From Nitrospirae bacterium CG2_30_53_67 (GTDB lineage: Bacteria > CG2-30-53-67): a stretch of DNA of 41,345 bases. Positions within the stretch are counted from its first letter, which is position 1. Each line of letters starts with the position of its first letter. Below are positions 20,988-31,412 of the stretch, piece after piece. The DNA lies in the NCBI GenBank assembly GCA_001873285.1, contig MNYV01000083.1:1-41345 (forward strand), read 5' to 3'. The translations under genes were made by a program, and so were the position numbers. Below the pieces are notes generated by a model. It saw only the letters and a program-made list of their open reading frames with translations, made no database searches and was not told the origin of the DNA.

Positions 20988-21707
20988 ATGAATAGGTCTA
21001 TTGAAAAGGAAGGAAGAACCCTGGAAGAAGCCACGGGAAATGCCCTGAAAGAACTGGTCGCAAAATTAGAAGATGTAGATATTGAGGTGCTCGATGACGG
21101 GAAGGCCGGTTTTCTGGGCTTTGGCTCCAGAAGTGCGAGGGTGCGGGCAACCCTCAAGGTTGAAGCCGGGCTTGGAGAAAAAGAGGTGGGAAAGGGGGAA
21201 TCTGAACCGTTGCCGGCTGAAGACGCAAGGCAGACCCAAGAAATGCATGACGAGGAAAAGATTTTTGATCTCGGACAGGCCCGAGAGCTTCTATCGAACC
21301 TGATTCAGAGAATGCACATGAATGGGACTATAAAATCACAAGTCAGGGATGGCCAAGGGATTTTAAATGTGATCGGAGAGGATTCGAACCTGTTGATTGG
21401 GAAGAAGGGGCAGACCCTGGATGCGATCCAATATCTTTTGAATCTGATGTACAGCAAATCCACCAGGAAAAAGGCCCATATCGTGGTGGATGTGGAGAAT
21501 TATAAGGTTCGAAGGGTAAAAAGACTTCAATCCATGGCCATGGAAGCCAGAGATAAAGTCAGGCAGACCAAAAAGCCGATTGCCATCGCTCCGATGGATG
21601 CGCAGGACCGGAGAATTATCCACGTCACATTACAAAATGATGAGTATGTAAAGACCTTAAGCAAAGGAGATGGGAGTCTTCGAAAGGTGGTTGTCATTCC
21701 CAAATAA
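20988..21707 (+). CDS. jag: RNA-binding protein Jag/KhpB (Jag_N, KH, R3H)
   Basis: GFLGFG, LIGKKGQTLDAIQYL, VDVENY, RRIIH; GGAGG RBS supports ATG 20988. Confidence 0.92.
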   Translation: MNRSIEKEGRTLEEATGNALKELVAKLEDVDIEVLDDGKAGFLGFGSRSARVRATLKVEAGLGEKEVGKGESEPLPAEDARQTQEMHDEEKIFDLGQARELLSNLIQRMHMNGTIKSQVRDGQGILNVIGEDSNLLIGKKGQTLDAIQYLLNLMYSKSTRKKAHIVVDVENYKVRRVKRLQSMAMEARDKVRQTKKPIAIAPMDAQDRRIIHVTLQNDEYVKTLSKGDGSLRKVVVIPK

Positions 21708-21748
21708 GCCGTGTGCGTTATATATGATATTCTGGGGCTGAGAAAATG

Positions 21749-21776
21749 AAAGGCGAGGCGTGACCTCGCCTTTTTT
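21749..21776 (+). terminator. Intrinsic terminator after jag
   Basis: aaaggcgagg-cgtga-cctcgcc followed by T6. Confidence 0.75.
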
Positions 21777-21793
21777 CAAATCAGGTCTGAGAC

Positions 21794-23200
21794 ATGTCAA
21801 AAAACAAAATGCATGATACCATTTGTGCTATCTCCACACCCATGGGAATGGGAGGAATCGGGATTGTTCGAATGAGCGGGGCGGAAGCGCTAGACATCGC
21901 GCGGAAAATTTTTATTTCTGCTTCGGAAAATGGAAACGAGGCTATTCGGGGTTATCAAATCCGATATGGGAAGGTCAAAGATCCGGGAAACGGGCAGATT
22001 ATCGACGAAGTGTTGCTGACGGTCATGCGGGCGCCGAAGACATACACCCGAGAAGATGTCGTGGAGATCAACTGTCATTCCGGCCCGGTCGTTTTAAGAA
22101 AGATCCTGATGACCCTTGTTGCTCTCGGCGCCCGGTTGGCGGATCCCGGGGAGTTCACCCTGAGGGCTTTTTTAAACGGCCGGATCGATCTTGCCCAAGC
22201 TGAGGCCGTGATGACGCTGATCTCTGCTAAGACCGAAGCCGCTCTGCAGTCAGCCGTCCGACAGTTGAGCGGCGAGTTTTCAGAGAAGGTCTATGGAATC
22301 AAGTCTGATCTGATCCATATGATTTCCGAGATCGAGGCATCCCTTGATTTTCCTGAAGAGGATCTCGACCCGATTCCTCCAGGGATGCTTAAGCAGGCTC
22401 TGTTCGATCTTATCGAGGAGATCGGCCGGCTGATTGAATCGGCCGAACAGGGAAAAATATTGACGGAAGGGGTTTCCACAGCGATTGTGGGAAAAGCCAA
22501 TGTCGGCAAATCGAGTCTTTTAAACCGGTTGCTCATGGAAGATCGGGCTATTGTCACCCCCTTTCCGGGAACGACGCGTGATGTCATTGAGGAGACGGTC
22601 AATATACAGGGAATTCCCCTGCGCATTCAGGATACGGCAGGAATCCGAGACGCCAAGGATCTCATCGAACAAGAGGGGATTAAAAGGAGTCAGGAGAGCA
22701 TCAGAAAGGCGGATCTTGTCCTGATGGTTGTAGACGGATCTCAATCGGTTGGTGATGAAGACATCCGGATCGCCCGAATGCTGGTTAACAAGGATACGGT
22801 TCTTGTTCTAAACAAGAGAGATCTGGTTGAGAAAAATAGCAAGGAAAAGAGTTTTTCATCTATTATCGATTTAATTAAACCGAAATTTACAATAAAAACC
22901 TCTATGGTTTCTAATTTTGGAATAAACGAGCTAAAAAGCGGAATTGCCGATCTGTTTTTGCAGGGGGGTAAAACCATCCATGAATCCCCTATCGTGACCA
23001 ACGTCCGGCATGTCAGCGCCCTGATCTCCGCCAAAGAGGCTTTGCAACGGGTATTGAAAGGGGTGGGCGAGGGGCTGCTGGAGGATCTGCTCAGTTTAGA
23101 CCTCAGGGATGCCCTTTCGGACCTCGGGCAGATCACCGGAGAGACCACCGCCGAGGATGTTCTCAATGAGATCTTCAGGTCCTTTTGTGTTGGAAAGTGA
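21794..23200 (+). CDS. mnmE: tRNA modification GTPase MnmE
   Basis: DTICAISTP, GEFTLRAFLNGRIDL, GKANVGKSS, GTTRD, DTAG, NKRD, C-terminal FCVGK. Confidence 0.97.
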   Translation: MSKNKMHDTICAISTPMGMGGIGIVRMSGAEALDIARKIFISASENGNEAIRGYQIRYGKVKDPGNGQIIDEVLLTVMRAPKTYTREDVVEINCHSGPVVLRKILMTLVALGARLADPGEFTLRAFLNGRIDLAQAEAVMTLISAKTEAALQSAVRQLSGEFSEKVYGIKSDLIHMISEIEASLDFPEEDLDPIPPGMLKQALFDLIEEIGRLIESAEQGKILTEGVSTAIVGKANVGKSSLLNRLLMEDRAIVTPFPGTTRDVIEETVNIQGIPLRIQDTAGIRDAKDLIEQEGIKRSQESIRKADLVLMVVDGSQSVGDEDIRIARMLVNKDTVLVLNKRDLVEKNSKEKSFSSIIDLIKPKFTIKTSMVSNFGINELKSGIADLFLQGGKTIHESPIVTNVRHVSALISAKEALQRVLKGVGEGLLEDLLSLDLRDALSDLGQITGETTAEDVLNEIFRSFCVGK

Positions 23201-23269
23201 ACGGGGCGAAAAAGGGTTGCAGTCCAAGGGCATTTGGCGGAGAATGTTTGAATGACAAGGAGGATGGCC

Positions 23270-25183
23270 ATGTTCCACGTGGAACATGGATGCCGGTCTA
23301 TGCTCAAAAGAGGGGAAGAAGCGTTTGATGTGATCGTGGTCGGCGGGGGACACGCCGGATGTGAGGCCGCGCTTTCCGCCGCCCGAATGGGGTGTACGGT
23401 ACTCCTTCTGACCCAGAATCTCGATCAAATCGCCCAGATGTCATGCAATCCGGCCATCGGAGGCCTCGCCAAGGGACACATGGTCAGGGAGATTGACGCC
23501 CTGGGGGGTGAAATGGGGCGGGCCATCGACGATACCGGGATCCAGTTTCGGATGCTGAACACCAGTAAGGGGCCGGCCGTTCAGGCGCCAAGGGCCCAGG
23601 CAGACAAGAAAAAATATCGCGAACGCATGAAATCAACCCTGGAGAAACAGTCGAACCTAGCCATCCGTCAGGGTGAAGTCCGAAGGCTTCTGATCGAGGA
23701 CCATCAAGTGACCGGCGTGGAGACCGTGATTGGGAACCGATACCCGGCCCGGGCCGTGATCCTGACTACGGGGACGTTTTTAAGAGGATTGATACACGTG
23801 GGCCTGGCGAACTTCCCCGGCGGGAGGGCGGGAGAACCCCCTTCAATCGGTTTGGCAGAAGATCTGATGCTCCATGGGTTCGAGGTCCGGAGATTAAAAA
23901 CAGGGACCCCGCCGAGACTTCACGCGAGGACCATCCATTTTGACGCCCTCGCTCCCCTGGAGGGGGATCCTGTGCCCCAGCCGTTTTCCTTTTCCACCGG
24001 AGCGATTGAGAGGAAGCAGGTTCCCTGCTATATCACCTATACCCAAGAAAAAACCCATCGGATGATCCGTAAAAATCTGGATCGCTCTCCCCTGTACAGC
24101 GGGAAAATTACCGGGATCGGGCCGCGTTACTGTCCCTCGATCGAGGATAAGGTGGTACGGTTCCCGGGTAAGGAGAGACACCAGATCTTTTTGGAGCCCG
24201 AAGGGTTGGATACGGTGGAGATTTATGCCAACGGGATCTCCACGAGCCTTCCGCTGGACGTGCAGATCGAGTTCGTCCATACCATACCCGGTCTTGAAGG
24301 CGCCCGAATCATGAGGCCCGGATATGCCGTGGAATATGACTTTGTCCTCCCTACCCAGCTCAAACCCAACCTGGAGACCAAAAAAGTCAGCGGTTTATTT
24401 CATGCCGGCCAGATCAACGGGACATCCGGGTATGAGGAGGCTGCAGCCCAGGGTCTGTTGGCCGGGATAAACGCCGTCCAGCGGATTCGCGGAAAAGAGG
24501 CGGTCGTCCTGAAACGAAGAGAGGCGTATATCGGCGTTTTAATTGATGATTTGGTTACCCGCGGTACGGAGGAACCTTATCGGATGTTTACATCCCGGGC
24601 CGAGTACCGGCTTTTGCTTCGTCACGACGATGCAGACCTGCGCCTTCAGGAGAAAGGATACCGATTGGGACTGGTTTCAAAGGATGCCTATGAAAGGATG
24701 CTGCTGAAAAAAGAGCAGATTCAAAAAGAGATGTCCAGGATGAAAAAGACGGCCGTTTTTCCTTCTCCTGATGTTAATAAGGTCCTGGACCGCCTGAGAA
24801 GCGCCCCCATTCAAAGCAGGACATCGGTGTTTCATCTGGTCAAGAGGCCGGAACTGAATTATGAAATGCTCTCGGTCCTGGATCCGGGGCGGCCTTCATG
24901 GCCGAAGGAAATCCGTTCCATCTGCGAGACCGAAGCGAAATATGAAGGGTTTATTCAAAGGGCGATGGACCAGGTCATGCGGTATGAGGAGATGGAAGGT
25001 ATCCGGATCCCGGGGGGGATCGAGTATGAAAAGATCAAGGGTCTATCCCGGGAGGCGCTGGAAAAATTGAACAAGATCCGTCCGTTTTCAATCGGACAGG
25101 CAGCGAGGATCTCCGGGATCACGCCGGCGGTGATTTCCATCTTGTTGGTTTATTTGAAAAATAAGAGGCGCCAAATTGATTGA
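23270..25183 (+). CDS. mnmG: tRNA uridine-5-carboxymethylaminomethyl synthesis enzyme MnmG
   Basis: [72 protein letters not shown]. Start is either ATG 23270 (after AGGAGG) or ATG 23300. Confidence 0.97.
   Translation: MFHVEHGCRSMLKRGEEAFDVIVVGGGHAGCEAALSAARMGCTVLLLTQNLDQIAQMSCNPAIGGLAKGHMVREIDALGGEMGRAIDDTGIQFRMLNTSKGPAVQAPRAQADKKKYRERMKSTLEKQSNLAIRQGEVRRLLIEDHQVTGVETVIGNRYPARAVILTTGTFLRGLIHVGLANFPGGRAGEPPSIGLAEDLMLHGFEVRRLKTGTPPRLHARTIHFDALAPLEGDPVPQPFSFSTGAIERKQVPCYITYTQEKTHRMIRKNLDRSPLYSGKITGIGPRYCPSIEDKVVRFPGKERHQIFLEPEGLDTVEIYANGISTSLPLDVQIEFVHTIPGLEGARIMRPGYAVEYDFVLPTQLKPNLETKKVSGLFHAGQINGTSGYEEAAAQGLLAGINAVQRIRGKEAVVLKRREAYIGVLIDDLVTRGTEEPYRMFTSRAEYRLLLRHDDADLRLQEKGYRLGLVSKDAYERMLLKKEQIQKEMSRMKKTAVFPSPDVNKVLDRLRSAPIQSRTSVFHLVKRPELNYEMLSVLDPGRPSWPKEIRSICETEAKYEGFIQRAMDQVMRYEEMEGIRIPGGIEYEKIKGLSREALEKLNKIRPFSIGQAARISGITPAVISILLVYLKNKRRQID
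23271..23286. promoter_or_regulatory. parS: parS centromere site (perfect palindrome)
   Basis: TGTTCCACGTGGAACA matches the ParB consensus TGTTNCACGTGNAACA; the palindrome extends to 23268-23289. Confidence 0.92.
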
Positions 25184-25838
25184 GCAAAGACGTCTTTTGG
25201 TCAGCGGGGTTCATGGCCTCGGCTTGAAAATTGGGAAAAAGGAACTTTCCAAACTGGATCTTTATACCCAGACGCTGCTGGAATGGTCCAATCGGATCAA
25301 TCTCACGGGGCATCGGGACCAGGAACGGATTGAAATTTTTCATTATCTGGACTCCCTGTCTCTCTTTGAAACCGGGGAGATCCATCCCGGCTTATCGGTG
25401 CTGGACGTGGGAAGCGGCGCCGGATTTCCAGGGCTCCCCCTCAGGATCTTTGAGCCCGCCCTTGAGATGACCCTTCTCGAGTCCTCGGGAAAAAAAGGGT
25501 TTTTTCTTCGCTATCTGGTCCGGATTCTTGAACTCCCTGATGTCAAGATAGAGATCGCCCAAGCCAAGGATTTTACACGGGAGACAGAAGCCTCTTTTGA
25601 CAGGATCGTCTGCAGGGCGGTGGGGAGCCTGTTCAAGGTCTGCTCCTGGACCGTGTCCCTTCTCAAACCCGGCGGTCTATTCCTGTTTCAGAAGTCAAGA
25701 AAGGTGGATACGGAGATTCAGGAAAATAAAAATGCCCTTCAGAGATTGGGGTTGACCGTCCGAGAGGCCATCCCCCTTTCCGTCCCCTATCTGGACCGGC
25801 CTCGCTATGCCGTAATTATTGAGAAAATAAAGAAATAA
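25176..25838 (+). CDS. rsmG: 16S rRNA (guanine(527)-N7)-methyltransferase RsmG
   Basis: [29 protein letters not shown]; canonical position after mnmG. Confidence 0.94.
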   Translation: MIEQRRLLVSGVHGLGLKIGKKELSKLDLYTQTLLEWSNRINLTGHRDQERIEIFHYLDSLSLFETGEIHPGLSVLDVGSGAGFPGLPLRIFEPALEMTLLESSGKKGFFLRYLVRILELPDVKIEIAQAKDFTRETEASFDRIVCRAVGSLFKVCSWTVSLLKPGGLFLFQKSRKVDTEIQENKNALQRLGLTVREAIPLSVPYLDRPRYAVIIEKIKK

Positions 25839-25845
25839 TCCAACA

Positions 25846-25861
25846 GGTTCCACGTGGAACA
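25846..25861. promoter_or_regulatory. parS: parS centromere site (1 mismatch)
   Basis: GGTTCCACGTGGAACA upstream of parA. Confidence 0.85.
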
Positions 25862-26004
25862 TCCCGCATTATGGGAAACTTTTCTCTTTTCAACGGAAAC
25901 ATTCTGTGATACCTTCACATACGCGTGGCTGAAAAAAGATGCCGCCCTGCTTTAACTGTGCTTAAAACAAGGGGTTTTTTGGTTTTTCTTATCGCGTGGG
26001 TTAA

Positions 26005-26167
26005 GGGGCCCTGTTCGTAAATATGGTGACGTACCGAGAGGGTCGTAGGGGGGTCTCATCCCCGCGCGCGACTCCGCGCGTACCCCTCTGGTACACCGCA
26101 AGGAGCGCAACTTTGATCCGGCTGCCCTACGGCACTCGAATGCCACCGTATTTACGAATAGGGCCAC
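26005..26167. mobile_element. MITE copy B (163 bp, inverted relative to A and C)
   Basis: GGGGCCCTGTTCGTAAATA...TATTTACGAATAGGGCCAC flanked by TAA at 26002-26004 and 26168-26170. Confidence 0.88.
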
Positions 26168-26210
26168 TAAGACGCGGGCGCCGGATTCTATGAAAGCCTA
26201 TTGAGCGGAG

Positions 26211-27023
26211 ATGATCGTAGCCATTGCCAATCAAAAAGGGGGGGTGGGCAAGACCACCACGGCCGTCAATCTGGCCGCCTCTCTGGGCGCTGCCGAGAAG
26301 AGCGTTCTCCTGGTCGACATGGACCCGCAGGGAAACAGCACCAGCGGATATGGGATTGATCGGGCATCGGTCAAGTTCAGCGTCTATGACCTGTTGCAGG
26401 ACAAAGACCCGAAAGAGGTCCTCGTCTCCACTCAGGTTCCCCATGTCAGTCTGATTCCGTCTTCGATGGCTCTGGCCGGGGCCGAGGTGGAGCTGGTGGA
26501 TCTGGAGGAACGGGAGTTTCTGCTGAAAAGGGTCTTATCCTCCATTCCGGAAGACGCTTATGATTATCTTATCATAGACTGTCCTCCTTCGATGGGGCTT
26601 CTCACGATCAATGCCCTCACGGCGGCGGATGCCGTCCTGATTCCGCTGCAGTGTGAATATTATGCGTTGGAAGGGCTTTCCCATCTTTTAAATACCATTG
26701 AATTGATTCGGCAAAATCTGAATCCGAACCTTTTGATTCTTGGCATCCTGTTGACGATGTTCGATATCCGCAATAGCCTCTCCTCTCAGGTGGCGGAAGA
26801 GGCAAGGAGACATTTCGGGGAACTGGTTTTTCAAACGGTGATCCCACGAAACGTGAGATTGGGTGAATCCCCGAGCTACGGGATGCCCGTTCTCCTGTAC
26901 GATATCCGATCCAGGGGGGCGCAAAGCTACCTGGACTTAGCAAAGGAAATCATTCGATATGCAAAGAAAAGCCTTGGGCAAAGGACTGTCGGCCCTCATT
27001 CCGAATCAGCCGGCCATCATTAA
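26211..27023 (+). CDS. parA: Chromosome partitioning ATPase ParA/Soj
   Basis: ANQKGGVGKTTT, DMDPQGN, IDCPPS, QCEYYALEG, IPRNVRLGESPS. Confidence 0.96.
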   Translation: MIVAIANQKGGVGKTTTAVNLAASLGAAEKSVLLVDMDPQGNSTSGYGIDRASVKFSVYDLLQDKDPKEVLVSTQVPHVSLIPSSMALAGAEVELVDLEEREFLLKRVLSSIPEDAYDYLIIDCPPSMGLLTINALTAADAVLIPLQCEYYALEGLSHLLNTIELIRQNLNPNLLILGILLTMFDIRNSLSSQVAEEARRHFGELVFQTVIPRNVRLGESPSYGMPVLLYDIRSRGAQSYLDLAKEIIRYAKKSLGQRTVGPHSESAGHH

Positions 27024-27825
27024 CAAAGTTGGAAATCGTATGATCCGGGATATCCCTGTGGATCAGATCTTACCCAACCCCCATCAGCCGAGAAAGGACT
27101 TTGATCCGGAAGCCATGGCGGACCTCGTGAGATCCATCAAGAAACAGGGGGTGATCCAGCCGATTTTGGTTCGGGAAGGAAGCGGTGGATTTGAGCTGAT
27201 TGCAGGAGAAAGAAGATGGCGTGCAGCAAAAAGTGCCGGAATCATAGACATTCCTGCAATCGTTCGCAATGTTTCGGATCAGGATTCCCTGGAGATGGCT
27301 CTTATTGAGAACCTTCAGCGGGAAGACCTCAACCCTTTGGATTCGGCAGAGGCCTATGAGCGCCTGATCAAAGAGTTTCATCTTACGCAGGAAGAGATCT
27401 CACTTCAGGTTGGAAAACAGCGCTCCACCATTACCAATATCCTGAGACTGCTCAGCCTTCCGGATGAAGTCAAGTCGTCCGTCAAGCAGAACAAGCTCAC
27501 GATGGGTCATGCCAAGGCCGTCCTTTCGTTGAGCAAAAAGCCCCAACAGATTTCATTGGGCCGTGAGATCATCAAGAAAGGCCTTTCCGTCCGGCAGGCA
27601 GAACAAGCGGCTCGAAGAATGAACGCCGGCCGCCCGGGAAACAGGCCGAAAACCAAGGCAAAAGAGATTCATCTTACGGCCGTTGAGGATGAACTGAGGC
27701 GGTCTCTCGGCACCAAGGTGCAGATTGTTGACCGGAAGGAAAAAGGGAAAATCGTGATTGAATACTATTCCAAGAAGGAACGGGAGCGGCTGATTTCCAT
27801 GCTCCGAGGATCCGTGTCGATCTGA
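26959..27825 (+). CDS. parB: Chromosome partitioning protein ParB
   Basis: N-terminal RKALGKGLSAL, PNPHQPRK, IAGERRWRAA, ENLQREDL, HTH RSTITNILRLL. Confidence 0.96.
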   Translation: MQRKALGKGLSALIPNQPAIINKVGNRMIRDIPVDQILPNPHQPRKDFDPEAMADLVRSIKKQGVIQPILVREGSGGFELIAGERRWRAAKSAGIIDIPAIVRNVSDQDSLEMALIENLQREDLNPLDSAEAYERLIKEFHLTQEEISLQVGKQRSTITNILRLLSLPDEVKSSVKQNKLTMGHAKAVLSLSKKPQQISLGREIIKKGLSVRQAEQAARRMNAGRPGNRPKTKAKEIHLTAVEDELRRSLGTKVQIVDRKEKGKIVIEYYSKKERERLISMLRGSVSI

Positions 27826-27841
27826 AATTCAGGGAGGTTTT

Positions 27842-28312
27842 ATGAATATTAGAGCCAAAATAGAAAAAAGATTGAGGAAAGGGCTAAGAAACAAAATAAA
27901 AACCGTTTATCCTCCTATTTCAGGCGATATTAATACTATTTTAGGAAAAGAAACCTCCTTTAAGGGTGTTCTCACCTATGACGGAACGGTCAAGATAGAC
28001 GGGCATGTGGAGGGGGAGATCATGGCAAAGGATACCCTCATCATCGGCGAGGATGCGGAGATCCATGCTGAGATCAGGGTCGGACGGCTCATTTCACGGG
28101 GGAAGATTAAAGGGAATATCTTTGTCAAGGAAAGGGCAGAGTTTCTCGCTCCTGCGGTTGTACAGGGTAATATCCAGACCCCGATCATCGTGATTGAAGA
28201 CGGGGTGACGTTTGACGGGAAGTGCGACATGGGGGCGGCCGTTAAACACGATAAAAAGCCGGAACTCAAGATAACCCCCATTCATCAAGAGAAGGCCAAG
28301 ACCGGAGAGTAA
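27842..28312 (+). CDS. Bactofilin (polymer-forming cytoskeletal protein, CcmA family)
   Basis: TILGKETSFKGVL..VKIDGHVEGEI..LIIGE..VQGNI..IVIEDGVTFDGKCDM beta-helix pattern; GGAGG RBS. Confidence 0.9.
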   Translation: MNIRAKIEKRLRKGLRNKIKTVYPPISGDINTILGKETSFKGVLTYDGTVKIDGHVEGEIMAKDTLIIGEDAEIHAEIRVGRLISRGKIKGNIFVKERAEFLAPAVVQGNIQTPIIVIEDGVTFDGKCDMGAAVKHDKKPELKITPIHQEKAKTGE

Positions 28313-28367
28313 GGCCATTGACCCCCAGAAAACCCGTTGTTTTTTAAGTCCACAACAGGGATCCGAG

Positions 28368-29036
28368 GTGAGTATGGAGCGGTTCCTTCGTCGGCTGGTT
28401 TCCCGCCTCTTTAGTATGGCCATTCTTATTCTCTACAAGACCGCAAGGATTCGGACCATCGGAGAGGATCGAATCCGAGAATACCTGTCAGGGGGAAAAA
28501 AGATCCTTTTTTGTTTGTTTCATGGGGATTATCTCCTCCTTTTTCCTCGGTTACAAGGTCACGAGATCTGTATATTTACCACGCAATCCCCGAGAGGGGA
28601 TCTCATTGCCGAAATCATGAGAATTTTCGGGTACCACCCCAGCATCATTCCGGGGAGAAGAGGAAATCAATCTGTCTTGGACTGGATGGTCAGGGAAATT
28701 CAAAAAGGTTGCCACGCGGGGATCGTTGTCGACGGCCCCATGGGGCCATACCACAAAGTCAAACACGGAGTGGTGATCCTGGCCAAGCTAACAGGGCATA
28801 TGATTATTGGGGTGGGGATCGCCTCTGGCTGGAGGGTCATCATGAAGAAGAGGTGGGACCGCTATACCATTCCTCTTCCCTTTACCCGTGCAGTGATCGT
28901 CTTTGGGGAGCCGGTTCATGTGCCAAGTGATGCGGACGCAGAGGCCATGGAGTCCATCCGGCAGAAAGTCGAACAAGACCTGATCCGGTTGAACCGCCTT
29001 GCAGAAGAACACCTCCATCTTCTATCGAAAATTTGA
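28368..29036 (+). CDS. DUF374 / lysophospholipid acyltransferase family protein
   Basis: FCLFHG, S.RGDLIA, VDGPMGP, WDRYTIPLPFTR, GEPV motifs typical of DUF374. Confidence 0.8.
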   Translation: MSMERFLRRLVSRLFSMAILILYKTARIRTIGEDRIREYLSGGKKILFCLFHGDYLLLFPRLQGHEICIFTTQSPRGDLIAEIMRIFGYHPSIIPGRRGNQSVLDWMVREIQKGCHAGIVVDGPMGPYHKVKHGVVILAKLTGHMIIGVGIASGWRVIMKKRWDRYTIPLPFTRAVIVFGEPVHVPSDADAEAMESIRQKVEQDLIRLNRLAEEHLHLLSKI

Positions 29037-29039
29037 TGC

Positions 29040-31412
29040 ATGATCATAGGGCCGGTTATGAGTATCAAACGGTTTCTGCTTGAACGAATCGTCTCCCGGC
29101 TGCGCATGAAAGGAGCGCTCCATTTTCTTTATGCCATGGAAAAAGTAGGGCACTCGTCAGAGGTGGCCTTCCCCATGGAGATGCTCCCCTCCGGCGTCAA
29201 GATGCACCTGCGCGGTTTTATGAATTTTCATTCCATCCAGATCAACCTGGATTGGATCTGGCCATACTGGATTGTCCGGCAGTTTGATCCAAAAAGCAGG
29301 AGCTTCATTCCCCGGGCCATGAATCTTACCCACGTGAATCAGACCCACAGGAATTGGACGGCCGTAGGAGCCATAGGAGGGAAAAGGGAGCCTATTGTGG
29401 ATCCGAGGGGCCTCGTGACCCCCTGGTTTGATGGTTGGTCTTTGGATTTTTGGCTGTACAGAAATGGACGCCTGATCGCTCCATCCCGTCTGGGTCATGT
29501 GAAGCAGTCTCTTCGGGAGGCATTGCCCATCGTGATCACGACGTTTACCGAGGAGGGTCTTCGTGTCCGTTTTGAGGCATGGGGGGATCTCATCCATGGG
29601 GAAGAGGTCCTCATAGAAAAGATCCGGATCCAGAACATCTTAAACGAACGGGCTGATGTCAAGGCCTACTGGTCTATTCGGCCTTATAATCCGGAAGGGC
29701 TGAGTCTGATTCGGCGCCTTCAATACCATGACGAGGGGCTATGGGAGGTCAACCATGCCATGGCGCAGGTTTTGCAACAGAAACCCGATCGGGTGACCTG
29801 CTCGGATCAGAGGGTGGGAGATGTATCCATTGTCCTCCCAGACATCGAGTTATGCCGATCCCTGGAATGTGAAGCCGGCATGGCGACGGCCCTGTCCGAA
29901 TACTCTTTTTCGTTGAACCCAGGAGAGATAAAGGAATATTCGACGATATGTACGACAAAACCGGTTAGATATTCGCAAGAGCTGATGCAAGTCCTTCAGA
30001 AAGTCGATACGAAAAAAAATAAAAATGAAAACATCCTTAAGTGGAAAAATATTTTATCAAGAGGCATGTGTATCTCCATTCCAGACTCAAAGATTGAAGA
30101 ATGTTTTAAGGCCAATAAATGCTTCCTCCACCTCTTTGATGACGGGGATGAGATCACGCCGGGACCCTTAACCTATCATCGCTTCTGGTTCAGAGACGCC
30201 GCATTTATGATCCATGCCCTGGACAAACTTGGTTACGGGGATGCCGCGCGGCAAAAACTCGCAACCTATCCCGGCCGGCAGAGAGTGGACGGGTTCTTTA
30301 TGTCTCAAAATGGTGAATGGGACGGGAATGGCGAGGCCATCTGGACGATATGGGAGCATTATAGACTCTATGGGGACCAAGAGCTGATCCGGGACGTCTA
30401 TCCGTCTCTTCGAAGAGGGATTTTTTGGATCAAACGAAAGCGCAGGAAGACTCATAAAAAAACAGGGCCTGAACAGGGATTGCTTCCTGCAGGGTTTTCT
30501 GCAGAGCATTTGGGCCCCAATGATTATTTTTACTGGGACGACTTCTGGTCTTTAGCCGGAATCCGGGACGGTATGGAGGCCTCCCGCGTTCTCGGTGAAG
30601 ACAAAGACCATGAGGTTTTTAAAAAGATCTACATGGATTTCTGGCAGGATTTACAAAGGTCATTGAAAATGGTTGAGAACCGGATCGGGAAAAAGACCCT
30701 TCCGGCCTCTCCGTATCGCAGAATGGATGCAGGCGCCATCGGATCCATATCGGCCCTTTATCCCCTCCGTTTATTAAAACCGGATGACGAGTGGATCGTC
30801 AATACGGTGGATTATCTGCGTCAGCACAGCTTTTTTGAGGACGGCTTTTTTCAGAATATGATCCACTCGGGTGTGAACCCCTATTTGACGGCGCAGATCG
30901 CCCAATGTTATATCTACCGGAGGAGCCGGGAGGCCTGGCCTCTGATTGATTATCTTTTAAAGATCGCCACCACGACCTTCACCTGGCCCGAGGCGGTCCA
31001 TCCCCTGACCGGGGGAGGGTGCATGGGAGACGGGCATCACGGCTGGGCCGCTGCCGAAATGCTGCTTCTTATTCGAAACCTTCTATTGTTTGAAGAGGAT
31101 GACCGGATCGTCTTGACCCCCATCCTTCCACGGGAATGGACCTGGAAAGGCGCCGTGATTCAGGTGGAACAGGCGCCAACCTATTTTGGACCCATGGATT
31201 TCAGGATCGAATTCCACGGTGGAGATGTTTCTCTGGAGATTCAGGAGAGGTTCCGGAAAGCCCCTGCCTGTTTTGAATGGAATTTTCCATTTGAGATCCA
31301 AAGGGCCGAAGGGGATGCCGGCCCCGTTGAAATTCGGGGAAATGTGCTCTTTCTTTCTTCAAAGACCCATAAGGTGCAGGTCAAAACAGCAGGCGTTGGG
31401 AAAAAACCATGA
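29040..31412 (+). CDS. Large glycoside hydrolase-like protein with a C-terminal six-hairpin (alpha/alpha)6 barrel
   Basis: FWFRDAAF, EWDGNGEAIW, YFYWDDFWSLAG, TWPEAVHP, GDGHHGWAAAE resemble GH15/GH63/GH78-like barrels; exact family and start uncertain. Confidence 0.65.
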   Translation: MIIGPVMSIKRFLLERIVSRLRMKGALHFLYAMEKVGHSSEVAFPMEMLPSGVKMHLRGFMNFHSIQINLDWIWPYWIVRQFDPKSRSFIPRAMNLTHVNQTHRNWTAVGAIGGKREPIVDPRGLVTPWFDGWSLDFWLYRNGRLIAPSRLGHVKQSLREALPIVITTFTEEGLRVRFEAWGDLIHGEEVLIEKIRIQNILNERADVKAYWSIRPYNPEGLSLIRRLQYHDEGLWEVNHAMAQVLQQKPDRVTCSDQRVGDVSIVLPDIELCRSLECEAGMATALSEYSFSLNPGEIKEYSTICTTKPVRYSQELMQVLQKVDTKKNKNENILKWKNILSRGMCISIPDSKIEECFKANKCFLHLFDDGDEITPGPLTYHRFWFRDAAFMIHALDKLGYGDAARQKLATYPGRQRVDGFFMSQNGEWDGNGEAIWTIWEHYRLYGDQELIRDVYPSLRRGIFWIKRKRRKTHKKTGPEQGLLPAGFSAEHLGPNDYFYWDDFWSLAGIRDGMEASRVLGEDKDHEVFKKIYMDFWQDLQRSLKMVENRIGKKTLPASPYRRMDAGAIGSISALYPLRLLKPDDEWIVNTVDYLRQHSFFEDGFFQNMIHSGVNPYLTAQIAQCYIYRRSREAWPLIDYLLKIATTTFTWPEAVHPLTGGGCMGDGHHGWAAAEMLLLIRNLLLFEEDDRIVLTPILPREWTWKGAVIQVEQAPTYFGPMDFRIEFHGGDVSLEIQERFRKAPACFEWNFPFEIQRAEGDAGPVEIRGNVLFLSSKTHKVQVKTAGVGKKP

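Noticed and set aside
25885..25905. Third parS-like sequence (tttcaacggaaaca)
   Set aside because: The central CACGTG is absent and the sequence is not palindromic.
25952..26167. MALFVNTVAF / MVLFVN-type ORFs (also 39076-39285 and 39108-39359)
   Set aside because: They are reading frames through the MITE with no transposase motifs.
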